Translations under genes and position numbers: made by a program
The notes under the pieces: model-generated
The model's input: only the letters and a program-made list of their open reading frames with translations
Databases searched by the model: none
Told to the model about the DNA's origin: nothing
In this document: positions 45,810-53,269 of the stretch, piece after piece
Layout of the letters: the number at the start of each line of letters is the position of its first letter
Numbering within the stretch: the stretch's first letter is position 1
Assembly: GCA_964440935.1 (NCBI GenBank)
Contig: CAYTTY010000001.1
Span: 80,933-144,932, forward strand
Length of the DNA stretch: 64,000 bases
From: an uncultured Ignavibacteria bacterium
Lineage (GTDB): Bacteria; Zixibacteria; MSB-5A5; WJJR01
Direction of reading: 5' to 3'

Positions 45810-48752
45810 ATGAAGCTCTTGAGGAAACTGATCGTTCCGACTGTTGTCCTCGCCTGGGCGTCCGTCGCGGTGGCGGCGGTGCCGATCGGGGGACCCTACG
45901 CGGGGGTTCAGCCGGCGGGGACACAGATCACGGATACACAAACATGGATCGATATCAACAACCTGTTGATGTTCGTCACCAACACCGGGTCGTTTGCCTA
46001 CGACCAGGGCGGTGTATTAGGCAAAAGCGACGGCCTTTACTTCCCGCGTGGCACCAACAAGACCGTCATTTTCGCAGGCGGTTTCTGGATGGGCGCCAAG
46101 GTGAACGATGAGATTCGTATCGCACTGGCCGAATATTCTGATGAGTTCGTTCCCGGTCCGTTTGGCGGCGACCCAACAGCCCAGAAAAACCGCGTCTACA
46201 AGATTCGTCAAGGCGACACGCCCGAATCGAATCCCGATTACGCCGACTGGCCATTCGAGGATGGTGCTCCGGCGTTGAAGGCCGCCGACGGCTCGGATTC
46301 GCTCGATGCCAGCGGCAATCCGATTCCCGGGCTAGTCGGCGACATGACCCTATGGTCGGTGTTTAATGACGGTGACCCGACGGCACATAGCAACAATGCC
46401 GGGGACACCGAGCCACTCAACGTCGAAGTGCACAATACGACCTTCGCCTTCGAACGCACGGGAGCGTTGGGCAACTGCATCTTTGTCCGCCTGAAGATCA
46501 TCAACAAGGGCGCCGACACGCTGAAGGACGCCTTTGTGAACACCTGGGCGGACCCTGATTTGGGTGATGCCGGTGACGACCTCGTGGGTTGCGACACCAC
46601 GCTCAGCCTGGGCTACTGCTACAACGCCGGCAGTGACCAGACCTATGGCGCGGCGCCGCCCGCAGTTGGTTACGACTTCTTCCAAGGTCCCATGATCGAG
46701 ACAGGCAACTTGGAAGATTCGGCGCTGGCCTACGGCCAGTGGTTCCACGGATTCAAGAACCTGCCGATGACATCGTTCAACAAATACATCAATGGTACAG
46801 ACCCCAGCAGCGCCGAGCAGTCCTACAACTACATGTCGGGTCTTCAGCGGGAGGGCCAGCCGCACACCAATCCGACTACTGGAGAGGTGACCACCTACGT
46901 GCATTCAGGCGATCCGGTCACCGGCATTGGCTGGCTTGATTCCAACCCGGCCGACCGTCGCTACTTCCTCTCATCCGGCCCATTCGACATGGCGCCGGGA
47001 GATTCGCAGGAAGTGGTGATCGGTATCGTGGTCGGACAGGGTGCCGACCGGCTCACGTCAATCACGGCGTTGAAGTTCAATGATCAGTTTGCACAGAGTG
47101 CATTCGACAAGAACTTCAACCTGCCACGCCCGCCGGTTGCACCGAAGATCACCGCGACCGAACTCGATCAGGCCGTTGTTCTCACGTGGACAGACACGTC
47201 GGAGGTCGACCCCGGTGACTACGCCTTTGAGGGGTACAATATCTATCAGGGGCTGACGAGTTCCGGACCCTGGCAGTGGCTGGCGACCTTTGATCTCGAA
47301 AACGAAATCACGGTCATCTTCGATCAGGACGTCGATTTGGATTTTGGTGTTGTCGTGGAGAAGCCGGTCCAGCGCGGTTCCGATTCGGGCATCAGACGCT
47401 ACATCCACCTTACGGATGACAAGTTCGAAGGACGGCCGCTACGCAACTACACCGACTATCATTTTGCGGTGACTGCTTACTCCTATAAAGAGGGAGAGGC
47501 ACCCAACAACCTTGAAAACCCATTCTCCGCGGCCCGTGTGAAGGTAACGCCGCAGCCGGAGGCACCGGGAGTGGACATTAGCGGTGTCCTTGCGGATACA
47601 ATTCCTGCCGAGCACACGGCCGGTGGTGGAGACGGCTCAGCATTCGCACTTGTGATCGATCCGTCGATCACAACGGGACACGATTACGCAGTCGGTTTTG
47701 ATGACGACGGCTCAGGTGGTTACACCTGGCGCGTCACCGATCTTGATGAGAACGACGACGTTGTTACGGGTCAAACCAACCAAAGCGGCGATGATGACTA
47801 TCCCATTTTCGATGGGCTCATGGTCAAAGTCCTCGGACCGCCGGTGGGCGTCAAGGGTGTCGATGAAGTGGCCAACGAGAGCGGCCCCATCGAACCGGAC
47901 AATGTTCATTTCAGTCTCAATTCAACTGGCGATTGGTACATCGATCCGGGTGGCGGCTTCGATCGCTACTCTTGGCAAGGTGGAACAACGCATGATTACG
48001 AGATTCGGTTCACGCCAGAGGCGACCGAATACTGCTGGGACTGGTTTGGACAGGGAGATTACGCGTTCGTCTTTGGAACACGTGTTCCCATTGAATTTTG
48101 GGATATCACAGACAACCGTCGAATCACCTTCATGTTGATCGACGACGATGAAAGTGGTGACTTTTCATGGGGCGACGGTCTGTACATTTGGGACATCAAC
48201 TACGATGACGTTGCCTGGGAGACTCCCGGGATTCACACGGGCGACTATGATCCGGATTACCACGATTTGCATTACGGTCGCTTCTGGTTTTACGACTACT
48301 CCCATGAGTTGACGCGGCCGGCACCGGGGACGATTGTGCGGGTGACGACGAATAAGATCAACACGGATGAGGACGTCTTCACGTTTACCGCCCCAGCGGT
48401 CGATACCGGCGGTCCGGCGGAGGTGGCCGACGATCTCTCGCAGATCAAAGTCGTGCCGAACCCGTATTACGCATTCTCGTCCTACGAGCCGGATCAGTTC
48501 GCACGTCAAGTCCGCTTCACCAACCTCCCGGAATCATGCACGATTCGCATTTTCAATCTGGGCGGTGACCTGGTACGGACACTCACAAAGGACGACCCGA
48601 CCACCTTCACGACGTGGAATCTTCAGACGGAAAACAACATCCTCGTTTCGTCGGGGCTGTATGTCTATGTCGTCACAGATAACATGTCGGGGGCCGATCA
48701 CGTGGGCAAGATGGCGGTCTTTGTTGAGATCGAACAATTGGATGTCTATTGA
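45810..48752 (+). CDS. large secreted protein with C-terminal T9SS-type sorting domain (Por_Secre_tail / FlgD-Ig-like); function unknown
   Basis: ATG 45810 preceded by GGAGGA. Signal peptide MKLLRKLIVPTVVLAWASVAVAA. The C-terminal ~90 aa (VVPNPYY...IRIFNLGGDLVRTL...SGLYVYVV...AVFV) matches the beta-sandwich CTD of T9SS cargo. An internal FN3-like segment is present. Confidence 0.6.
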   Translation: MKLLRKLIVPTVVLAWASVAVAAVPIGGPYAGVQPAGTQITDTQTWIDINNLLMFVTNTGSFAYDQGGVLGKSDGLYFPRGTNKTVIFAGGFWMGAKVNDEIRIALAEYSDEFVPGPFGGDPTAQKNRVYKIRQGDTPESNPDYADWPFEDGAPALKAADGSDSLDASGNPIPGLVGDMTLWSVFNDGDPTAHSNNAGDTEPLNVEVHNTTFAFERTGALGNCIFVRLKIINKGADTLKDAFVNTWADPDLGDAGDDLVGCDTTLSLGYCYNAGSDQTYGAAPPAVGYDFFQGPMIETGNLEDSALAYGQWFHGFKNLPMTSFNKYINGTDPSSAEQSYNYMSGLQREGQPHTNPTTGEVTTYVHSGDPVTGIGWLDSNPADRRYFLSSGPFDMAPGDSQEVVIGIVVGQGADRLTSITALKFNDQFAQSAFDKNFNLPRPPVAPKITATELDQAVVLTWTDTSEVDPGDYAFEGYNIYQGLTSSGPWQWLATFDLENEITVIFDQDVDLDFGVVVEKPVQRGSDSGIRRYIHLTDDKFEGRPLRNYTDYHFAVTAYSYKEGEAPNNLENPFSAARVKVTPQPEAPGVDISGVLADTIPAEHTAGGGDGSAFALVIDPSITTGHDYAVGFDDDGSGGYTWRVTDLDENDDVVTGQTNQSGDDDYPIFDGLMVKVLGPPVGVKGVDEVANESGPIEPDNVHFSLNSTGDWYIDPGGGFDRYSWQGGTTHDYEIRFTPEATEYCWDWFGQGDYAFVFGTRVPIEFWDITDNRRITFMLIDDDESGDFSWGDGLYIWDINYDDVAWETPGIHTGDYDPDYHDLHYGRFWFYDYSHELTRPAPGTIVRVTTNKINTDEDVFTFTAPAVDTGGPAEVADDLSQIKVVPNPYYAFSSYEPDQFARQVRFTNLPESCTIRIFNLGGDLVRTLTKDDPTTFTTWNLQTENNILVSSGLYVYVVTDNMSGADHVGKMAVFVEIEQLDVY

Positions 48753-48772
48753 GCGAGGGGAGAAACCGAACC

Positions 48773-49792
48773 ATGAAGAGACTCATAATCATCGTGGCGG
48801 CGATTGCCCTGGTGGTGAGTTGTGTGGACACCACGATCGCCGAAAACGCCCCACGCCTTGGATCGGCGGGCGCACATGAATTGCGTCTGCCTGTATCGGC
48901 CCGCATGATGGGCATGGCGGGTGCGTCGCTGGTGAACGCGAAAGGCACCGACGGGTTGTTCTGGAATCCTGCCGGGATTGCCATGTCGGAGCGCACCGAA
49001 CTGGAATTCTCGCACTTGACGTACATCGCGGATATCAATCAGAGTTACCTTGGTGCTGTCACGCATTTCGGCTCGATCGGATCATTTGGGCTGTCGGCGA
49101 AGTTCATTACGACGGGCGATATCGCCGTGACAACCGAAACCCAGCCCAATGGTACCGGCGAGATGTACTCACCGACGTTCTCGGTCATCGGTGCTCACTG
49201 GGCGCGCCGATTCACCGATCGTATCACCTTCGGGCTGTCGACGCATTACATCACCGAAAGCATCGATCGCGCGCGCGCGACAGGTGTCGCATTCGACTTG
49301 GGATTTGACTACGATCCGCAGTGGCGGGGACTGAAGTTTGCGATCGTGATGAAAAACTACGGCCCCGACATGCGGTTCGGTGGCGAGGGCTTCTCCGAAG
49401 ACGTGCGTGTTCCGGGGCAGGATCCCAACTCACCGGACAAAACCATTCGCCAGCAGTCGGCGGCGTTTGAATTGCCGTCACATGTGAAGCTTGGCTTGGC
49501 GTGGGAGGCATGGCAGCAGGATCGCAATAACATGATGCTCTACGGATCGTTCCAGAGCAACACGTTCAACAACGACGAAGGACACTTCGGCGGAGAGTAC
49601 TCGTACGACAACACGTTCTTCCTGCGCGCCGGATACACCTACTCCGATCAGGATGCGTACCTGTATGGTGTGACGTTCGGCGGCGGGCTTGTCCTCAAGT
49701 GGGGCGAGACCGACATGATGTTCGACTACGCCTGGACCGAAACCGACGTGTTCGACGCCAATCAGTATTTCACCGTCAAAGTGGCTTTCTGA
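48773..49792 (+). CDS. outer-membrane beta-barrel of the FadL/OmpP1/PorV superfamily (PorV/PorQ-like)
   Basis: Signal peptide. N-terminal hatch-like motif SARMMGMAGASLV...LFWNPAGIA (FadL family has SxRxxGxAGAG...NPA). Amphipathic beta-strand periodicity throughout; ends ...TVKVAF. Sits directly downstream of the CTD protein. Confidence 0.55.
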   Translation: MKRLIIIVAAIALVVSCVDTTIAENAPRLGSAGAHELRLPVSARMMGMAGASLVNAKGTDGLFWNPAGIAMSERTELEFSHLTYIADINQSYLGAVTHFGSIGSFGLSAKFITTGDIAVTTETQPNGTGEMYSPTFSVIGAHWARRFTDRITFGLSTHYITESIDRARATGVAFDLGFDYDPQWRGLKFAIVMKNYGPDMRFGGEGFSEDVRVPGQDPNSPDKTIRQQSAAFELPSHVKLGLAWEAWQQDRNNMMLYGSFQSNTFNNDEGHFGGEYSYDNTFFLRAGYTYSDQDAYLYGVTFGGGLVLKWGETDMMFDYAWTETDVFDANQYFTVKVAF

Positions 49793-49823
49793 TACGGATA
49801 TCAGAAAAGCGCACGGACGCTCA

Positions 49824-49859
49824 AAACACCCCCGCTCCGCAAGCGGGGGTGTTTTTTTG
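49824..49859 (+). terminator. Rho-independent terminator
   Basis: CACCCCCGC-TCCGCAA-GCGGGGGTG stem followed by T7 (TTTTTTT). Confidence 0.85.
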
Positions 49860-50043
49860 AGCAGGCGATCAGACGAGCGATTCGATCGTCGATGTGGCCC
49901 TGATGGCGCTTTGGGCCATCAGGGCCTGCGTACCTCACACTGGAATCGTATTCGGCCGTCATCCGCGATCAGTCATTGCGCACAGGACAAATGACGATAA
50001 CTTGGGTGGTACGATGTGGAGGCGTAGAACGTACAAAAGAGAC

Positions 50044-51975
50044 ATGACACGGCGTGGGGAATACAGGCTATCGGTATTCTGTGTGGTACTCGCACTCATG
50101 TTGGCTACGACTGTGGGTGCCCAGTCAGACCCACAGAGGCATGGTCCGATCTCGCCGCCCGCCATCGAAGTGGTGTATCCTAAGAAGGGGCAGCGGATCG
50201 GGCCGGTCGATTCCACGTTTGTGATCGGTTCAGTTACGCCGGGGGCATCTTTACGCATCAATGGCCATCTTATCGATGTCTACCGTACCGGTGGGTTTTT
50301 GGCCTGGCTGCCCGTCGAGAAGGGCAAGTTCACCTTCCGCCTGCGTGCGACCGATGGATTCCATTTCGATTCGCTCGACCTGCCGGTCACCATCGCCGAC
50401 CCGCGACCAATTCCGCCCGATAGCGGGCTGATCATCCGCAACGTGCGCCCGATGTGGAACCGGACGATTCGCGCCGGCGATGAAATCGAGATTCGGTTTG
50501 ATGGGACCGTCGGATGTGACGCCCGGTATTGGATTATCGGAGATGTCGATTCACTTGGGCCGTTTCCCATGGCTGAGCAGCATTATGAGCGCTATTCCGA
50601 TTTCCACACATATCGCAAGGACGCATTGCTCGAAGACGGTCCCCGGTACGATCAGGCGCCGTCCGGAGGCCGCTATACCGGTGTCTGGAGAGTCCCCGAT
50701 ATCGAGGGCGCCGATTCGCTGACGGTTCGAGTTGAGCTGACCGGGCTCTCTCAGAAATGGCTGGAGTCGCGACGGCGTCACTACAAGACACACTACGGGC
50801 CACCGATACCGATCGACACGACAGTCCGCACGATTCGTGAGACCGCAACCGGCAGATTGCGTCCAGTTGATGATCTCCCGCCGCGGGTGGTTGAATTCAC
50901 TGACAGTGTGCAGACGCTGCGCATGGGTCCAAGACTGGGGTACATCACGATCTTTCAGCCTTACGGTGTGCGCACCCGTTGGTGGGGAGAGGCGGGACCG
51001 TGGACCATCTTACAGTTGGCGCCGGGACACATCGCCTGGCTTGAAAAAGATAAGACGAGGCTCCTGCCGGAGGGCACGCCGGTTCCGGAAACATTTATTG
51101 CGCGGATGTCCACCAAAGTCAGCGGTGACGATGTGCAATTCCGCGTGGGAACGTCGGAGCGGATTCCATTCAAGATAACCGTCGATGACGATCTGCATCA
51201 TGTGCGCGTGATCCTGTTCGGCGCCACGTCGAACACCGACTGGATCGAGCACGATCCCGATGATGACCTGATCAAGAACATCACCTGGTCGCAAATGCAA
51301 CCCGGTGTGTATGTGATCAACTTACGCCTGGCGCAACAGGTGTGGGGTTACGATGCCCATTACGATAACAAACAGTTTGTGCTGGAATTCAAACGGCCAC
51401 CGTATGTCAGCGATGATCTCGAAGGACTCAAGGTCGCGGTCGATGCCGGGCATTCACGCGATCCCGGCGCCATTGGGCCGACCGGCCTGATGGAAAAGGA
51501 CGCGAATCTCAAGATCGCCTGGAAAGTACACGCCGAACTGAAAGAGCGCGGTGCTGATGTCGTCATGACGCGTCTCGGCGATGAACATGTCGCGCTCTAT
51601 GACCGCCCGTCGCTGTCGGTCGCCGAGGATGTCGACCTGTTCGTGTCGGTGCACAACAATGCCGTTCCCGACGGTATCAATCCGTACTACCGCAACGGCA
51701 CGTCAACGTACTACTACCACACGTTCTCACGCGATTTCGCGCGGCACATGCACCATCGTGTCCTCGATGCCACTGAACTCAACGATTACGGTCTCACCCA
51801 CGGCAACTTCGCCGTGATCCGTCCCACGCATTATCCCTCCGTCCTCGTTGAATGTGCGTTCATCATTCTCCCCGAACAGGAGGAGATGCTGTTGGACGAC
51901 GATTTCATTGAGCGCACGGCCAAGGGGATTGTGAAAGGTATTGAGGATTTCGTGGAGGCGCGGTTGAAGCGGTAA
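50044..51975 (+). CDS. multidomain N-acetylmuramoyl-L-alanine amidase (C-terminal Amidase_3/AmiC-type domain, ~450 aa N-terminal region of unknown function)
   Basis: Start chosen at ATG 50044 (MTRRGEYRLSVFCVVLALMLATTVGA signal peptide); the track ORF begins 49894. The C-terminal VAVDAGHSRDPGA...EHVAL...SVHNNA...ECAFI motifs are the Zn-binding residues of Amidase_3. Confidence 0.8.
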   Translation: MTRRGEYRLSVFCVVLALMLATTVGAQSDPQRHGPISPPAIEVVYPKKGQRIGPVDSTFVIGSVTPGASLRINGHLIDVYRTGGFLAWLPVEKGKFTFRLRATDGFHFDSLDLPVTIADPRPIPPDSGLIIRNVRPMWNRTIRAGDEIEIRFDGTVGCDARYWIIGDVDSLGPFPMAEQHYERYSDFHTYRKDALLEDGPRYDQAPSGGRYTGVWRVPDIEGADSLTVRVELTGLSQKWLESRRRHYKTHYGPPIPIDTTVRTIRETATGRLRPVDDLPPRVVEFTDSVQTLRMGPRLGYITIFQPYGVRTRWWGEAGPWTILQLAPGHIAWLEKDKTRLLPEGTPVPETFIARMSTKVSGDDVQFRVGTSERIPFKITVDDDLHHVRVILFGATSNTDWIEHDPDDDLIKNITWSQMQPGVYVINLRLAQQVWGYDAHYDNKQFVLEFKRPPYVSDDLEGLKVAVDAGHSRDPGAIGPTGLMEKDANLKIAWKVHAELKERGADVVMTRLGDEHVALYDRPSLSVAEDVDLFVSVHNNAVPDGINPYYRNGTSTYYYHTFSRDFARHMHHRVLDATELNDYGLTHGNFAVIRPTHYPSVLVECAFIILPEQEEMLLDDDFIERTAKGIVKGIEDFVEARLKR

Positions 51976-52155
51976 TGTTTACTGAAGTCGATGTGGTATG
52001 TTGACACTGACTCGACAACCCATTTAATTCACACTGGCCAAGGTCATTGCACATACGTCAGGGCACCCGGCCGGGAGTACACAGCGGTGCTCCCCGGCGC
52101 TGGGGCGTGTTGACAACGTCTTATAGCAATTGTCATAAATCCTTTCCGTTTGGAT

Positions 52156-52347
52156 CAGGGTGCCAGGGGCCTTGAGGGGTGTGTTGCAAAACCCCCGAGA
52201 ATCACAGCCTTCGGGAGGGCGAGCCTCCCGGCGAGCCGCAACGGCATGTTCCACACGGCGGCTCGGCGGGAGCCTCGCCCTCCCCAGTCTGAGGTGATGA
52301 TAGTCAGCAGGCTTCTCAACACGCCCCTTGAGGCCCGTGGCACCCTG
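52156..52347. repeat. long nested inverted repeat (31-bp outer stem enclosing a 27-bp inner stem)
   Basis: Outer arms CAGGGTGCCAGGGGCCTTGAGGGGTGTGTTG (52156-52186) and CAACACGCCCCTTGAGGCCCGTGGCACCCTG (52318-52347) pair at 30/31 allowing G-U. Inner arms 52213-52239 and 52258-52285 (GGGAGGGCGAGCCTCCCGGCGAGCCGC / GCGGCTCGGCGGGAGCCTCGCCCTCCCC) pair at 25/27. Each inner arm is itself palindromic (GGGAGG-GCGA-CCTCCC). Confidence 0.7.
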
Positions 52348-52452
52348 ATGTCATCACGATGCACACGGTGCCTCGCTTCCCCTCAATCGGAAATCTATTC
52401 TGACAACCGCTCTAGGATGTGATCATATCGGGCGTTGTGAAGACGATCATCT

Positions 52453-52523
52453 GTAGGGGCGTACTGAGTACGCCCTCTCCCCGTATCGGATACGCGCCGA
52501 GGGCGTATTCAATACGCCCCTAC
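52453..52523. repeat. twin perfect palindromes GGGCGTAYT-N-ARTACGCCC (candidate operator pair or cruciform)
   Basis: GGGCGTACTGAGTACGCCC at 52457-52475 and GGGCGTATTCAATACGCCC at 52501-52519, separated by a third palindrome CGTATCGGATACG (52482-52494). The outer 25-nt arms are also mutually complementary. Confidence 0.65.
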
Positions 52524-52663
52524 GAGAGTACACGATCTTCAATGACACACGTTTTGCAACACGTCCCTCTGCCGTGGGATGCGCCGGTATTCACACATGG
52601 GTTATATTATTCACGTCATATTTAAAGCAATTGTCAGAATAACGTTCTGATTAAATTGAGAAG

Positions 52664-52892
52664 TGTTGTCATTCTCGCGAAAGCGGGAATCCATTTTCCG
52701 CGCGTGGCTGGGCTCAAAATGGCTCCCAGCTTTCGCGGGGATGACAGCGAGGGTCCCTGACGGCCCAATGGATTGCCGTTTGATTTCTATACTCTGTCAT
52801 CCCCGTCGGCCGTGGCGGACCGAGACAGTGTCGTAATTGCTTGTGTACGAAGACAATGGATTCCCGCTTTCGCGGGAATGACAGCGAAGGTT
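52664..52892. mobile_element. MITE-like unit bounded by inverted copies of a dRS3-type palindromic repeat (ATTCCCGC-TTTC-GCGGGAAT + GACAGCGA)
   Basis: Copy 1 is on the minus strand at 52668-52693 (GTCATTCTCGCGAAAGCGGGAATCCA). Copy 2 is degenerate, on the plus strand at 52721-52752. Copy 3 is perfect, on the plus strand at 52857-52890 (TGGATTCCCGCTTTCGCGGGAATGACAGCGAAGG). Copies 1 and 3 form ~27-nt terminal inverted repeats around ~165 bp. Confidence 0.5.
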
Positions 52893-53269
52893 ACTTGGCA
52901 ATCGGAAATCTATTCTGACAACCGCTCTATTATAGTTATAGGACGACTGAGCCGTAGGTCAGGGGCACAGCGCCCGCAACGTCCGTTGCGTTCACGACTG
53001 CGTGAGCGTGCCGGGCTCCTGACAATCGGAGAACAGGGGAAGACCAGAGCGATTGTCAACACCGTCTTTCGATTGACCGAGCGATGTAGCACGGGCGCCT
53101 CGCCCGTGCGGCATGGCCCGCTCGACCATGCTCACGGCAAGCGGGACGGCCATGCTACGGTCTCGTGAATCGGAAAGTTCTTCTGACAATCGCTATAATC
53201 CCTGGCGTGTCAGGCGCGTGATTGGGATACCAGCGGCTTTACGACAATCGTTTCAATGGTGCACAAACT

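Larger units (their letters stand above)
51976..53269. repeat. 1.3 kb non-coding island of nested hairpins and short dispersed repeats (MITE/NIME-like); no credible ORF
   Basis: Lies between convergent genes. GC drops to ~50% in the centre. Contains (a) five copies of a ~30-nt motif AATCGGAAA-N-TTCTGACAAYCGCTMTA in both orientations, (b) a 190-nt nested inverted repeat, (c) twin 19-bp perfect palindromes, (d) three copies of an ATTCCCGCTTTCGCGGGAATGACAGCGA unit with the outer two inverted, and (e) a REP-like hairpin also found at 58.6 kb. Confidence 0.7.

Noticed and set aside
49894-50043. Amidase ORF starting at 49894 (693 aa)
   Set aside because: The first 50 codons have no signal peptide and begin inside the terminator-proximal region. 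The internal ATG at 50044 gives a classic signal peptide, so the shorter model is preferred.
52664-52892. Possible CRISPR array (three copies of a ~30-nt palindrome-containing repeat)
   Set aside because: Only three copies, with irregular spacing (~30 nt and ~105 nt between units). The first copy is inverted relative to the others. No cas genes in the window. The arrangement fits terminal inverted repeats of a MITE/NIME-like element, not a direct-repeat array.
52773-53168. 131-aa ORF (and other 60-130 aa ORFs) across the repeat island
   Set aside because: They read straight through palindromic repeats (peptide ...IPAFAGMT... is the translation of ATTCCCGCTTTCGCGGGAATGACA). There is no ribosome-binding site, and the content is repeat-driven low complexity.
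51976-53269. Contaminating Neisseria-derived DNA, because of dRS3-like ATTCCC-N8-GGGAAT repeats
   Set aside because: The flanking genes on both sides are contiguous, high-GC and FCB-typical. The rest of the island does not resemble Correia or other neisserial elements from memory. Kept as a resemblance to be checked rather than a call.
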